64,000 bases of DNA from assembly GCA_900320435.1 (NCBI GenBank), contig ONSH01000007.1, positions 5,232-69,231 on the forward strand, in the 5' to 3' direction. A program made the translations under genes and the position numbers. Source of the DNA: an uncultured Prevotellaceae bacterium (GTDB lineage: Bacteria > Bacteroidota > Bacteroidia > Bacteroidales > Bacteroidaceae). The notes under the pieces are model-generated. The model searched no databases, was not told the DNA's origin, and worked only from the letters and a program-made list of their open reading frames with translations. This document shows positions 52,633 to 62,362 of this stretch, in pieces; the first letter of the stretch is position 1, and the number at the start of each line of letters is the position of its first letter.

Positions 52633-53930
52633 AGTGTAGCATATAAATCAAAGTCATCTGCAGAAATAATATTCACTTCATAAAAGTTGCCGATTTTGAC
52701 CTCCGGAGCCGTACTCACAGAAATCAACACCTCCGGATCTACGTCCGGCGAATCGAATTCCGTTCGTCCAATCCAATAATCCCCTTCACGACGGTCAATA
52801 ATCACACGCATAACCTTCCCTACTTTTTCCTCCTGAATCTCAGAAGAAATACGTTGCTGAATTCTCATCAACTTGGAAAGACGTGCCTGTTTGACATCCT
52901 CCGGAATATCGTCTTTATAATGGCGCTCACTCCAAGTGCCGTCTTCCTCGGAATAAGCAAAGGCACCCAATCTCTCAAACCTCATCTCGCGGACAAAGTC
53001 CAACAGAGCCTCAAACGCCTCCTCCGTTTCGCCGGGATGTCCCACCATCATTGTGGTCCTTATATGAATACCGGGGACTTCCTCCCTTATCTTCTTTATC
53101 AAACGACGCGTTTCCTCGCCCGTAATGTGACGATGCATCATGTCAAGCACCGGGTCTGCGATATGCTGGAGTGCAATATCCAGATAACGGCAGACCTTCG
53201 GATTATTTTTCATTACAGGGAGTAAATCCATCGGAAAATCTGTCGGATAGGCATAGTGCAGACGAATCCATTCAACCCCGTCGATATCCGCTATGGATTC
53301 AACCAGCTGAGCCAAACGTCGCTCGCCATACAGGTCAAGGCCATAATACGTCAGTTCTTGGGCAATCACCTGAAATTCCTTAACACCCTGACTTACGAGA
53401 TAGCGCACCTCGTCGACAATCTCTTCCAAAGGTCGGGACACATACTGTCCTGTGATTATAGGAATGGCACAATAGGAGCAATGCCGATTGCATCCTTCGG
53501 CAATTTTTAAATACGCATAATGCGAAGGCGTCGTCACACGCCGCTGGAACAACAGATCCTGATGCAGCGGACGCCCCAAATCTTTAACAATGCCGTCCCA
53601 GTCAAATTTACCGTAAAAACGATCTACCTCAGGAATCTCTGCCTGCAAGTCAGAAAGATAACGCTGTGACAGACAGCCCATCACATAAAGTTGCTTGAGA
53701 CTGCCCGTTTTCTTGCGCTCTGCCTGTTCTAAGATTACATTAATGCTTTCCTCCTTGGCATCGCCGATAAATCCGCATGTATTGATGATGGCTATGTCAC
53801 CGGAGGGATTTTCCGGATCGTGTTGCACATCATATCCCTCAACTTCCAGCTGACGGATAAGACGCTCAGAATCCACCAAATTCTTACTGCATCCTAATGT
53901 GAGTATATCAATTGAACAACGAGTCGACAA
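52629..53930 (-). CDS. rimO: Ribosomal protein S12 methylthiotransferase
   Basis: UPF0004 N-terminal domain, radical-SAM CNRHCSYCAIP, and a C-terminal TRAM domain. Confidence 0.9.
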   Translation of the reverse strand: MSTRCSIDILTLGCSKNLVDSERLIRQLEVEGYDVQHDPENPSGDIAIINTCGFIGDAKEESINVILEQAERKKTGSLKQLYVMGCLSQRYLSDLQAEIPEVDRFYGKFDWDGIVKDLGRPLHQDLLFQRRVTTPSHYAYLKIAEGCNRHCSYCAIPIITGQYVSRPLEEIVDEVRYLVSQGVKEFQVIAQELTYYGLDLYGERRLAQLVESIADIDGVEWIRLHYAYPTDFPMDLLPVMKNNPKVCRYLDIALQHIADPVLDMMHRHITGEETRRLIKKIREEVPGIHIRTTMMVGHPGETEEAFEALLDFVREMRFERLGAFAYSEEDGTWSERHYKDDIPEDVKQARLSKLMRIQQRISSEIQEEKVGKVMRVIIDRREGDYWIGRTEFDSPDVDPEVLISVSTAPEVKIGNFYEVNIISADDFDLYATL

Positions 53931-54858
53931 ATGCCCTTCTGTTAAATGGTTGCAAATCCTTCATTCCTTCACCAAGACCTATATAGCGTACGGGAATTTT
54001 AAATTGATCGCTGATGCCTATCACGACACCGCCCTTGGCTGTTCCGTCCAATTTGGTAATAGCCATTGACGTGACATCTGTTGCCGCCGTAAACTGCTTC
54101 GCCTGCTCAAAAGCATTCTGGCCGGTGCTACCGTCAAGAACGAGCATCACATCATGAGGTGCATCCGGAATCAGTTTCTGCATCACACGCTTTATCTTTG
54201 TAAGCTCGTCCATCAGTCCCTTTTTATTGTGAAGACGTCCGGCGGTATCAATCAATACGACATCAGCATTCTGAGCCACCGCGCTTTGAAGTGTATCAAA
54301 AGCAACAGAAGCCGGATCACTGCCCATCTGCTGACGCACAACAGGAACACCGACACGCTCACCCCAAATGGCAATCTGCTCTACGGCAGCTGCACGGAAT
54401 GTATCCGCTGCACCAAGAACGACTTTCAAGCCGGCCTCCTTAAACTGATAGGCCAACTTGCCGATTGTTGTCGTCTTGCCCACTCCGTTCACGCCAACAA
54501 CCATAATCACATAAGGACGCTGGCCCTGCGGTATGGTATAACCCTCCGTATCGGAAGAATTGTTCTCCTCCAGCAATGAAGCAATCTCATCGCGAAGAAT
54601 AGACTGCAACTCACTTGACGAAACGTATTTATCCCTCTTTACCCGAGCTTCAATGCGTCGGATAATCTCCAGCGTGGTGTCAACTCCGACATCACTGGTG
54701 ACCAGCACTTCTTCCAAATTATCCAACACCTCATCATCTACCGTATCACGCCCGGTGATACTGCGGGCAAGTTTACCCAGAAAAGACGATTTCGTCTTCT
54801 CCAGCCCCTGATCGAGCTTTTCCTTACGCTCCTTATTGAATAATCCGAATAGTGCCAT
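53908..54858 (-). CDS. ftsY: Signal recognition particle receptor
   Basis: SRP GTPase motifs GVNGVGKTTT, DTAGR and TKLDG. Confidence 0.93.
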   Translation of the reverse strand: MALFGLFNKERKEKLDQGLEKTKSSFLGKLARSITGRDTVDDEVLDNLEEVLVTSDVGVDTTLEIIRRIEARVKRDKYVSSSELQSILRDEIASLLEENNSSDTEGYTIPQGQRPYVIMVVGVNGVGKTTTIGKLAYQFKEAGLKVVLGAADTFRAAAVEQIAIWGERVGVPVVRQQMGSDPASVAFDTLQSAVAQNADVVLIDTAGRLHNKKGLMDELTKIKRVMQKLIPDAPHDVMLVLDGSTGQNAFEQAKQFTAATDVTSMAITKLDGTAKGGVVIGISDQFKIPVRYIGLGEGMKDLQPFNRRAFVDSLFN

Positions 54859-54929
54859 AAAAGCGAAATAAGGGAATGAGAACCAAATAGGCTTTCATCC
54901 CCTTATACATATATTTTGGTTCTTCTTTT

Positions 54930-55085
54930 TTAGTTCTTGAAGAAATCCTTCACAGCTTCGTTGGGTACCATCTGCTCATCAAAACTATAAGTACCTGCTG
55001 CGTTCTTAACCATCTTGATTACCTTGGTGTACGAACGGCCATCAGTCTTGCCAGTCTGAAGAGTGGCCACTGTTTTCTTTGCCAT
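54930..55085 (-). CDS. DUF4295-type small protein (not in the ORF track; 51 aa)
   Basis: Hand translation: MAKKTVATLQTGKTDGRSYTKVIKMVKNAAGTYSFDEQMVPNEAVKDFFKN. It holds the conserved position downstream of rpmG in Bacteroidota. Confidence 0.7.
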   Translation of the reverse strand: MAKKTVATLQTGKTDGRSYTKVIKMVKNAAGTYSFDEQMVPNEAVKDFFKN

Positions 55086-55115
55086 AGTAGTTTACTTGAT
55101 ATTCCGTTGTGTTTA

Positions 55116-55304
55116 TTACTTAATCTCCTTGTGAATCGTCATCTTCTTGAGAATCGGATTATACTTCTTCAACTCCAGACGATCAGGAGTGTTCTTGCGG
55201 TTTTTCGTCGTGATATAACGAGACGTGCCGGGCAGACCGCTCTCTTTCATCTCTGTGCACTCCAGGATAACCTGCACTCTGTTACCTTTAGCCTTCTTTG
55301 CCAT
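55116..55304 (-). CDS. rpmG: 50S ribosomal protein L33
   Basis: 62 aa: [18 protein letters not shown]...YITTKNRKN. Confidence 0.93.
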   Translation of the reverse strand: MAKKAKGNRVQVILECTEMKESGLPGTSRYITTKNRKNTPDRLELKKYNPILKKMTIHKEIK

Positions 55305-55354
55305 AGTTTTCTTGTTCTGTGTTCCTTTGCCTCAACGGTGAAGGGGGACACTCT

Positions 55355-55615
55355 TTAGCCAATTACACGAATGTTTTTCCAATCACAATAGCCCTTAGCA
55401 ACAGCGTTCTTGAGGGCTGCATCCAAACCAACCTTGTTAATGTAACGCAGGCCGTTGGCACAAATGTTTAAGCTAATCCAGCAATCCTCTTCCACATAGT
55501 AGAACTTCTTGGTAAAGAGATTAACATCGAAAGTGCGCTTTGTGCGACGCTTCGAGTGCGACACATTATTACCAACCATCGCTGTCTTGCCTGTAATCTG
55601 ACAAATCCTAGACAT
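55355..55615 (-). CDS. rpmB: 50S ribosomal protein L28
   Basis: 86 aa: [10 protein letters not shown]...[13 protein letters not shown]. Confidence 0.93.
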   Translation of the reverse strand: MSRICQITGKTAMVGNNVSHSKRRTKRTFDVNLFTKKFYYVEEDCWISLNICANGLRYINKVGLDAALKNAVAKGYCDWKNIRVIG

Positions 55616-55665
55616 ACCTATATGTTTATTGTTTTATTTACTATGAACTACTTCCAAACAGGGCA

Positions 55666-55673
55666 CAAAGGTA
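55666..55673 (-). promoter_or_regulatory. -7 box TACCTTTG for rpmB-rpmG
   Basis: Reverse complement of caaaggta, 51 nt upstream of ATG 55615. Confidence 0.45.
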
Positions 55674-55717
55674 TTATGTTTTTCCGACACCACCAAACAT
55701 TTGCAAAAAAAATGTCC

Positions 55718-56134
55718 TTAAAATCCCATTTTTTTCTTCCAGTCAGCAAAAAAGAACGGTTCTTCCAGCATTTGTTCACCATTTTGGTCGATGAAAAGCT
55801 GAATCGTGGAGCCCTCCAAACAGAGAGCGCCGTCCCGTTCTCTAAAAATCTGATAGCGATAATCCAAACGGGCACCGCGCCTCGGCACATAAGTCGTATG
55901 AATAACCGCCACGTCATTCATCTCCAATGGAGCAAGACAGCGATACTTCACCTCATAAACCGGCGCAGTAATTCCCGTTTCCATCATCACTGTATAGTCA
56001 CATCCCGGATAATGACGGCCGAAGCTCTCTCTACCGTCTTCCATATACTTGACATAATTACCGTGCCAGACCCGACGCATCGGATCCAATTCGGAGAATT
56101 TTACCGGAATACGACAAATATCAACTATTTCCAC
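55718..56134 (-). CDS. Hotdog-fold acyl-CoA/acyl-ACP thioesterase (4HBT-like)
   Basis: 138 aa with ELDPMRRVWHGNYVKY, a 4HBT-like motif. Confidence 0.7.
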   Translation of the reverse strand: MEIVDICRIPVKFSELDPMRRVWHGNYVKYMEDGRESFGRHYPGCDYTVMMETGITAPVYEVKYRCLAPLEMNDVAVIHTTYVPRRGARLDYRYQIFRERDGALCLEGSTIQLFIDQNGEQMLEEPFFFADWKKKMGF

Positions 56135-56700
56135 TGGTAGTCAGAGAATGTGTATAACGTATAATTTTGTCCCTTTTCATTCATACAAAGCGACTTCACC
56201 TCTCCGTTCTTTCCATTGATTACCAACACAAAAGAAGAGAACATCATACGTTTGGCAGCTTTGCCTTCCACCTTGGGAGTTATGGTAATGACAATATCTG
56301 CGCCCTCCTTTTTCATTTCGAGGTCGTTTATCTTAGAGAGATCGGTGCCTCCGTTCAAAATACTCTCCCACACCGCCTGAAACGTCTTAAATTGCGGATT
56401 TGTCTTAGAGGATGTCTTGTGCGCCTTGCCTTTCATCGTCATGGTAAATGCAGTTCCCTGCATATCCAAGGCTTCCTTACCGCCATCCATTGTGATATTG
56501 ACTTTATCGGGACTTACCATTTGGAATGTGCCGTAAAGAACCTCATCTTGAGCAACAACTGTACGATGACGCACACGCTGACATTTAGCAGTCACAGACT
56601 GAACTTTTTTATATTTGGCACAGGCTTTTTGATAATCAGCCTGCTGCGCAAAGACTCCGAGCACCGAGAAACAGCACAGGGCAAGCAATAACTTTCTCAT
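56125..56700 (-). CDS. LolA-like outer-membrane lipoprotein carrier-fold protein
   Basis: Signal peptide, 191 aa, LolA-like beta-rich sequence. Its position matches an aryl-polyene-type cluster. Confidence 0.55.
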   Translation of the reverse strand: MRKLLLALCCFSVLGVFAQQADYQKACAKYKKVQSVTAKCQRVRHRTVVAQDEVLYGTFQMVSPDKVNITMDGGKEALDMQGTAFTMTMKGKAHKTSSKTNPQFKTFQAVWESILNGGTDLSKINDLEMKKEGADIVITITPKVEGKAAKRMMFSSFVLVINGKNGEVKSLCMNEKGQNYTLYTFSDYQWK

Positions 56701-56714
56701 AATAATTTATATTT

Positions 56715-57443
56715 TTAAGTGTATAAACCACCATTAATACTTACGACGTTACCTGTCACATAAGACGCCCCTTCAGAAGCGAGGAAAGCGACAACCTCTG
56801 CCACTTCTTCCGGACGGCCGAAACGACCTGCAGGAATAGTCTTCTTAAGGGTGGCCTCATCCAAGCCGTCCACCATATCCGTCTTGATAAAACCGGGGGC
56901 TATGGCGTTTACGGTCACATTCTTCTTGGCGACTTCCTGAGCCAAAGCCTTTGTGGCAGCGATGATTCCGCCCTTTGCGGCAGAATAATTCGTTTGACCA
57001 GGCAGACCTTTAATGCCGCTTACCGACGCCATGTTGATGATTCTTCCGAACTTGTGGAACTGCATCGGCGCCAGAAGAGGCTGCGTCACATTATAAAAAC
57101 CGTCCAAGGTAATCGTCAGCACGCGGTTCCAGTCTTCCCGGGGCATCAAGGCCATTACATTGTCACGACGGATACCGGCGTTATTGAAGAGCACCTCAAT
57201 GTATTCATCCTCATGTGCAGCCTGCCACTCCTCAATCGCCTTACGCGAAGCCGCAGCGTCAGACACATCAAACTTCATCAGCGTTCCGTCGCTGCCAGCC
57301 TCCCTCACCATACGAAGAGTTTCTTCTGCAGCTTCGGTGTTGCCGGCATAATTAATCAAAACATGATAGCCCAAAGAAGCCATCTTTACGGAAACGGCAC
57401 GTCCTATACCACGACTGCCGCCAGTTATCAATGCGTACTTCAT
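56715..57443 (-). CDS. fabG: 3-oxoacyl-ACP reductase (SDR)
   Basis: TGGSRGIGRA cofactor motif and YSAAK catalytic motif. Confidence 0.88.
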   Translation of the reverse strand: MKYALITGGSRGIGRAVSVKMASLGYHVLINYAGNTEAAEETLRMVREAGSDGTLMKFDVSDAAASRKAIEEWQAAHEDEYIEVLFNNAGIRRDNVMALMPREDWNRVLTITLDGFYNVTQPLLAPMQFHKFGRIINMASVSGIKGLPGQTNYSAAKGGIIAATKALAQEVAKKNVTVNAIAPGFIKTDMVDGLDEATLKKTIPAGRFGRPEEVAEVVAFLASEGASYVTGNVVSINGGLYT

Positions 57444-57465
57444 TATTTCAATAATTAATTTTATT

Positions 57466-58851
57466 CTATTTAAAATTCAACACTTGTTGACAGGTATATT
57501 TTGATGTTTTGGCCACACCCATCAGGCCGTGAAGCACCAGATTTTGACCAGTCAGGAACAAATTACTTACAGGCGTTGTCGGCGACAAGATGGTCATCAA
57601 CGGATTTCTCCAGTCTTTACGCATTCCGTAGGCACTGCCACACGGCGTCAGATTGTAATCACGCCAAGTAAGAGGAGATGAAGTATAAATGCAGTCTATA
57701 CTCTCTCTCAAATGAGGCAGTTCATGTTCTGCCAGCGACATACACTCTTCTGCCATCTGCTGCTTTAATAACTTGTAGTCCTCCCCTCTTTGCCCCACTT
57801 TGGTCTCTGACCACTGCTGCCACATATCGAAACTCGTAGGAGTCAGGATGTCTATTTGGTCCGGAGCCGGATTAGTGACCAGTATAGCAGTCACCGGTCG
57901 GGAAGGATTTTCGTGCTGTGACCACACGTCAGGCCGCGAGTATATATATTTGTTATGATTGAAGGACGGAATACTGCCATGTTTCAAAACCAAAGACACC
58001 GTGAACATGCCAAAGGAGTTTTCTACGGAGGACATGCGTCTGCGGAATACGTTCTTTATTTTGCGGCTGTTCGTTAACCACGAAAGTGTAACAACAGGAT
58101 GTGCATCGGAAACAAAACACTTGCCCTCATATATATTGCCGGAAACAGTGCGGGCAGCAACGATTCTGTCATCTTTCTCCAAAAGCTCCGTAACTTCTTC
58201 TCCGCAAAACACCTCACCGCCAGCATTCTTGATGTCCTGACACAGACGGTCAACAATCAACGACCCGGGTCCGTCAAGCCTCCAGCTGCTCTCAATAAAG
58301 GGCCCCTGGTTGTGCATAAAAGAAAACTGCGGCAAAGATTCTTTCCGCAATTCCATTTTCAGACAGGTCGCAGAAAGCACGTCAATAAGCAGAGGATCAC
58401 GGAACAGCTGATGTAACCAATTCCATGCAGAAACATCCGTCCCGTCCTTTTCTCCCATATCCCGCAATGTACGAACATAAGTTTGCAAGGACTCCTTTTC
58501 TGAAGGGAAAGAACAACTCAATTCCTGCGCAAACCTATCATAACCTTCCTTATACAGAAATGTACGTTCGCCAATGGTCACTCTGTCGAAGCCTTCCGGA
58601 TCCAGACGCTTCCACGGAAGTGACAAGAGGTTCAGCTCTGCAAACAGTTCGTGAAGCGCCTGACCTTCATCCAATCCGCCGACATAATGCATTCCGGTGT
58701 CAAAATGTCGTCCTCTCCGTGTGTAGCTTTGCAATGATCCTCCGGGCTGAATCTGCCGCTCCAGAACGGCAACTTTCAGTCCACGATTAGAAAGCATCCG
58801 GCCACAGGCCAAACCTCCCAATCCGCTACCTATGATGACGACGTCGTACAC
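57466..58851 (-). CDS. FAD/NAD(P)-dependent oxidoreductase (phytoene-desaturase-like)
   Basis: N-terminal dinucleotide-binding motif VVIIGSGLGGLACG; 461 aa. Confidence 0.75.
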   Translation of the reverse strand: MYDVVIIGSGLGGLACGRMLSNRGLKVAVLERQIQPGGSLQSYTRRGRHFDTGMHYVGGLDEGQALHELFAELNLLSLPWKRLDPEGFDRVTIGERTFLYKEGYDRFAQELSCSFPSEKESLQTYVRTLRDMGEKDGTDVSAWNWLHQLFRDPLLIDVLSATCLKMELRKESLPQFSFMHNQGPFIESSWRLDGPGSLIVDRLCQDIKNAGGEVFCGEEVTELLEKDDRIVAARTVSGNIYEGKCFVSDAHPVVTLSWLTNSRKIKNVFRRRMSSVENSFGMFTVSLVLKHGSIPSFNHNKYIYSRPDVWSQHENPSRPVTAILVTNPAPDQIDILTPTSFDMWQQWSETKVGQRGEDYKLLKQQMAEECMSLAEHELPHLRESIDCIYTSSPLTWRDYNLTPCGSAYGMRKDWRNPLMTILSPTTPVSNLFLTGQNLVLHGLMGVAKTSKYTCQQVLNFK

Positions 58852-61300
58852 TGTGGTAAATTGTCGGTTGAACCACGTAACTCAACACCACTGCACTCAC
58901 CATACCGACAAGTGTTGCGAAACCGACACTTTGGATGGCGGGATGCTTGGCAAACAACATAGAAGCGACTGTCACTACCAAAATGAATGCCGAGAAGATG
59001 ATGGCCGTTTTATGCCGTTCCAAAACTTTCTTGTTTCCTTCATCCTCATGAATCAAACCGGACATCACAAAAATGCTGTAGTCAACTCCTATACCGAAGA
59101 TGAATGTAGAGATGATGATGTTGATAAGATTAAAACGCACGTCGAAAATGGCCATCGCACCGAGTACAATGAGCCAGGACAACAAAATCGGGAAAAAGCC
59201 CAACAGGGTATGTTTCCAGTTGAAATGGAAACTCAGCAGCAATACGGCAAACACAAACGCCATACTGATCCATTGCAACACATTAAAATCTTCGTTGAGC
59301 TGTTTCAGCGTATCGCGCGTATAATAATAGGTATCCAGCACCATCAGTTCCGGCTCCTTCGTGACGGCATCGCAAATACGCAGGAAATTTGCATCAAGGC
59401 TATCCGACTGATATCGAACACTGGAAAGGACCAGATACTGATGACCGTAAGTTTCCTCCATCAAAGTGGAAAGATATCCATAAGGGATAATTCCGGCTTC
59501 ATATAATGCGTCCGCTTCGTAATCGCGTGTCGCCGCATCGAAAAAGGCTTCAAATCCCTCGGGCGAAAGACCGGCCTTAGGCGCTGTGGATGCAATCAAC
59601 GATCTGACTTTCTGCAAGCGCTCCTGCGTCCAGAAATCCTTCCACGCCTGAATACGCACTTCCTGCTCCTTAAGCGGAACAAAAAGAACATTGGTATGCG
59701 TATAGTCTTTCACAACCCCGATCTTCTCCAATGAGTCCAGTTTCGCATCCAGCAATGCAAAGTTCTCAACGGCCTCTTCTGCAGTCTTTCCTTCTGAAGC
59801 AAAATACGTAGACTCGTCACCCGTTGCCGTTTTTTCTCTCAATAAAGCGCTGCTTTCCGACGTCATTGCAGAAACGTAGCTCAAATTGTTCATATCTGCA
59901 TCGAAAGTCGTGCCCTTGATGAAATAGGCAATCACACAGACCAAAGAAACTGCGGCAATCGCTCCCGTCAGCCACTTGCTCCGATCGAAAGGATAAGCGC
60001 TTAACTTGTCCATAATGGCAAAAGCCCTTTCTCCTTTACGGCTCTTGCCGATATCCAACATATGAGGCAGATAAATCAGAGAAAACACCGTCGTGCCGAC
60101 GATGGCAAAAGCGGCAAAAAGGCCGAAATCCTGCAACAGGTCCGTTTTAATAAAGAGGAGACCGATAAAGCTGCCTATAGTGGTGACGCAACCGAGCAAG
60201 ACGGGCTTTGTTTCCTCTCTGAGCACCATTTCGCTGTTGCCCGTATACTTAAAATGCGTGATGACATGAAGGGCATAACTCATGGCAACACCGAGTACGA
60301 TGGCGCCGATACCCAAAGCCATCAGCGAGAACTGACCCTTGATAAAATACATCATCGTAAGCCCGAAGAAAGTGCCGAAAGCCACGGGCAACACCAGCAA
60401 CGGCAATGAAGACCACGTACGCAGGCACAAACCCAAAACGATGAGCACCAGGATCAACGAACCGAGTATGGTCGTCAGCAAATCTTTCTTGATGGTCGAA
60501 GAATTGTAATATCCGTTTGCGGGCGTCCCGTGATAAAGAATTCTCACCTCGGGATGAGCCGTCTTGAACCTTTCGATGTTCTTGTTGAGCGTCTCAAACA
60601 AGGCACTTCCCTGCCCCGTGTTGGTCGCGGAGAATTTCGGCGTGATGATGGCAATACATACGCTGGAATCCGGCACGAACAAGTGGCCTTCTATCGTTTT
60701 GTAGCCACCTCCGCCTGCGCTCATCAATGGAGCCATTCTTTCCTCCAGAACAGAACGCATGCCGATGGGATCCATTTCCAAAAGCTGAGGGAAGATGTCT
60801 GCTATTTCACTTTGCATGTCCTCAGCGTTCCGGGCCATTTGCCGCTCCATATGCTCCCGGGTCAACAACGTGTCAAAAGCAGCATAGTACGCGGTGTCAA
60901 TATAAGAAGGCAGATGCTCCGTAAGATAATCTACGGCGTCATACATCAAATCCTCGTCAATCCGATAGAACACATCGCTGATGGTCCTTTCCTCTTCCGG
61001 CAAGTTGGCCTGAGGAGCAAGGAGAGTGTCCACAAACTCATCACAAACCGCAATCATGTCTTCCACATCGTCTCCCTGAAAGAGAACAAATGTTTTATCC
61101 TTGATGCGCAACGACGAGAATGCCAACTTGATACTCCCGTCTTCGTTGCGCGACGAGGGCATCAGTTTATTCAGATCCTCTTCAAGATAAATCTCCGAAG
61201 AGAAATAACCTAAAAACAAAAACAAAAAGACCATCGACAGCCACATGAGGGGGCGATGGTTTTTGAAAAACAAATAGAGGTTGACAAATAACTGTGTCAC
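58826..61300 (-). CDS. MMPL/RND-superfamily exporter
   Basis: 824 aa with two blocks of about 5-6 TM helices separated by large soluble loops. Confidence 0.75.
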   Translation of the reverse strand: MTQLFVNLYLFFKNHRPLMWLSMVFLFLFLGYFSSEIYLEEDLNKLMPSSRNEDGSIKLAFSSLRIKDKTFVLFQGDDVEDMIAVCDEFVDTLLAPQANLPEEERTISDVFYRIDEDLMYDAVDYLTEHLPSYIDTAYYAAFDTLLTREHMERQMARNAEDMQSEIADIFPQLLEMDPIGMRSVLEERMAPLMSAGGGGYKTIEGHLFVPDSSVCIAIITPKFSATNTGQGSALFETLNKNIERFKTAHPEVRILYHGTPANGYYNSSTIKKDLLTTILGSLILVLIVLGLCLRTWSSLPLLVLPVAFGTFFGLTMMYFIKGQFSLMALGIGAIVLGVAMSYALHVITHFKYTGNSEMVLREETKPVLLGCVTTIGSFIGLLFIKTDLLQDFGLFAAFAIVGTTVFSLIYLPHMLDIGKSRKGERAFAIMDKLSAYPFDRSKWLTGAIAAVSLVCVIAYFIKGTTFDADMNNLSYVSAMTSESSALLREKTATGDESTYFASEGKTAEEAVENFALLDAKLDSLEKIGVVKDYTHTNVLFVPLKEQEVRIQAWKDFWTQERLQKVRSLIASTAPKAGLSPEGFEAFFDAATRDYEADALYEAGIIPYGYLSTLMEETYGHQYLVLSSVRYQSDSLDANFLRICDAVTKEPELMVLDTYYYTRDTLKQLNEDFNVLQWISMAFVFAVLLLSFHFNWKHTLLGFFPILLSWLIVLGAMAIFDVRFNLINIIISTFIFGIGVDYSIFVMSGLIHEDEGNKKVLERHKTAIIFSAFILVVTVASMLFAKHPAIQSVGFATLVGMVSAVVLSYVVQPTIYHSVRRRHHR

Positions 61301-61665
61301 ACTAATACTCCTTTCAATTCCATATAAATTTGAGACTCGTCGCTGATCTGTCCCTGAACAGTGTAACCGCCGTCTTTGGGCTCTGTCTTAATCTCCACAG
61401 TGACTTCTGGACAAACCGCCGGCGTTGCCACTGCTGTCAGACGGCACAACTTGATGCTGTCGTATCTTAAATCATCTCTGCCGAGAATCTTGCAGGCACA
61501 CTCCTTAATGGTCTCCATATTGCACACTCCGGGACAGACGGGTTTGCCCGGAAAGTGTCCTTCGTAAACCTTACAATCCGGAAGAAGTGCCAAAGAAACA
61601 GTGCCCTGCCCTTCTCCGGTCTGATTTACGGAAATAATCCTATAAAAATTATTGTTCAGGAACAT
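61297..61665 (-). CDS. FabZ-like hotdog-fold 3-hydroxyacyl-ACP dehydratase
   Basis: HFPGKPVCPGV motif; 122 aa. Confidence 0.7.
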   Translation of the reverse strand: MFLNNNFYRIISVNQTGEGQGTVSLALLPDCKVYEGHFPGKPVCPGVCNMETIKECACKILGRDDLRYDSIKLCRLTAVATPAVCPEVTVEIKTEPKDGGYTVQGQISDESQIYMELKGVLV

Positions 61666-62092
61666 AAATCTTCATTTGAGTGTCTGCGACAACTTCCGCA
61701 CCAACTTTCGTCTCGCCCCTCATCAGAGTGACGCCTTGTATCTCCGGGCCCATTGACACCGTGGTCTCCAGCAACTCCCCAACCTTCGGACGACGGTAAA
61801 GATGGAAATTCTTGACTTCGCCAATATATCCTATAGGGGCTTCCGTCGCGCCGGACTCCCGGGACTTCCATCCCGCATGGGCAGAAGCGCTCTGAGCGAT
61901 GTGCTCAATTAGCGCAACCTCAGAAAGCCTGCCATCGGATTCGATGAAGAAGTTGCCCTCCTTGACGGAGTATCGGCAAACCGCTTCATCTTCCGAGGCA
62001 CTGACCAACGTGTCCACCATTTGAATGGGGGCACGCTGGGGAATCAAGTCTTCAATAGAATAAGACATTCCCTGTTTACTGATGAGACTCAA
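61649..62092 (-). CDS. Hotdog-fold dehydratase-like protein
   Basis: 147 aa. It pairs with the FabZ-like gene as in aryl-polyene clusters, with a 17-nt overlap. Confidence 0.55.
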   Translation of the reverse strand: MSLISKQGMSYSIEDLIPQRAPIQMVDTLVSASEDEAVCRYSVKEGNFFIESDGRLSEVALIEHIAQSASAHAGWKSRESGATEAPIGYIGEVKNFHLYRRPKVGELLETTVSMGPEIQGVTLMRGETKVGAEVVADTQMKIYVPEQ

Positions 62093-62315
62093 TATAGTCG
62101 TAGAGATCCTTGAAGGTCTTCACTTTGGGAAGGTCTTCAACGGGAATCTTAACCTTAAAGGTGTACTGAATTACAGCGACGAGGTCAACCAAAGAGAGGC
62201 TGTCCAACTGAAGGGTGTCATAGATCACTGCATCATCAGTGATAACGGTTTCTTCCACCTCAAACTCCTCAGCAAGAGTAGACTTAACTTTTGCAATGAT
62301 GTCTTCGCGAGTCAT
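62076..62315 (-). CDS. Acyl carrier protein
   Basis: 79 aa with the phosphopantetheine attachment motif LQLDSLSLVDL. Confidence 0.85.
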   Translation of the reverse strand: MTREDIIAKVKSTLAEEFEVEETVITDDAVIYDTLQLDSLSLVDLVAVIQYTFKVKIPVEDLPKVKTFKDLYDYIESHQ

Positions 62316-62362
62316 AATGATTTAAATTTAATTGTTTATAATTTATTGAATTGTGTATTGTT

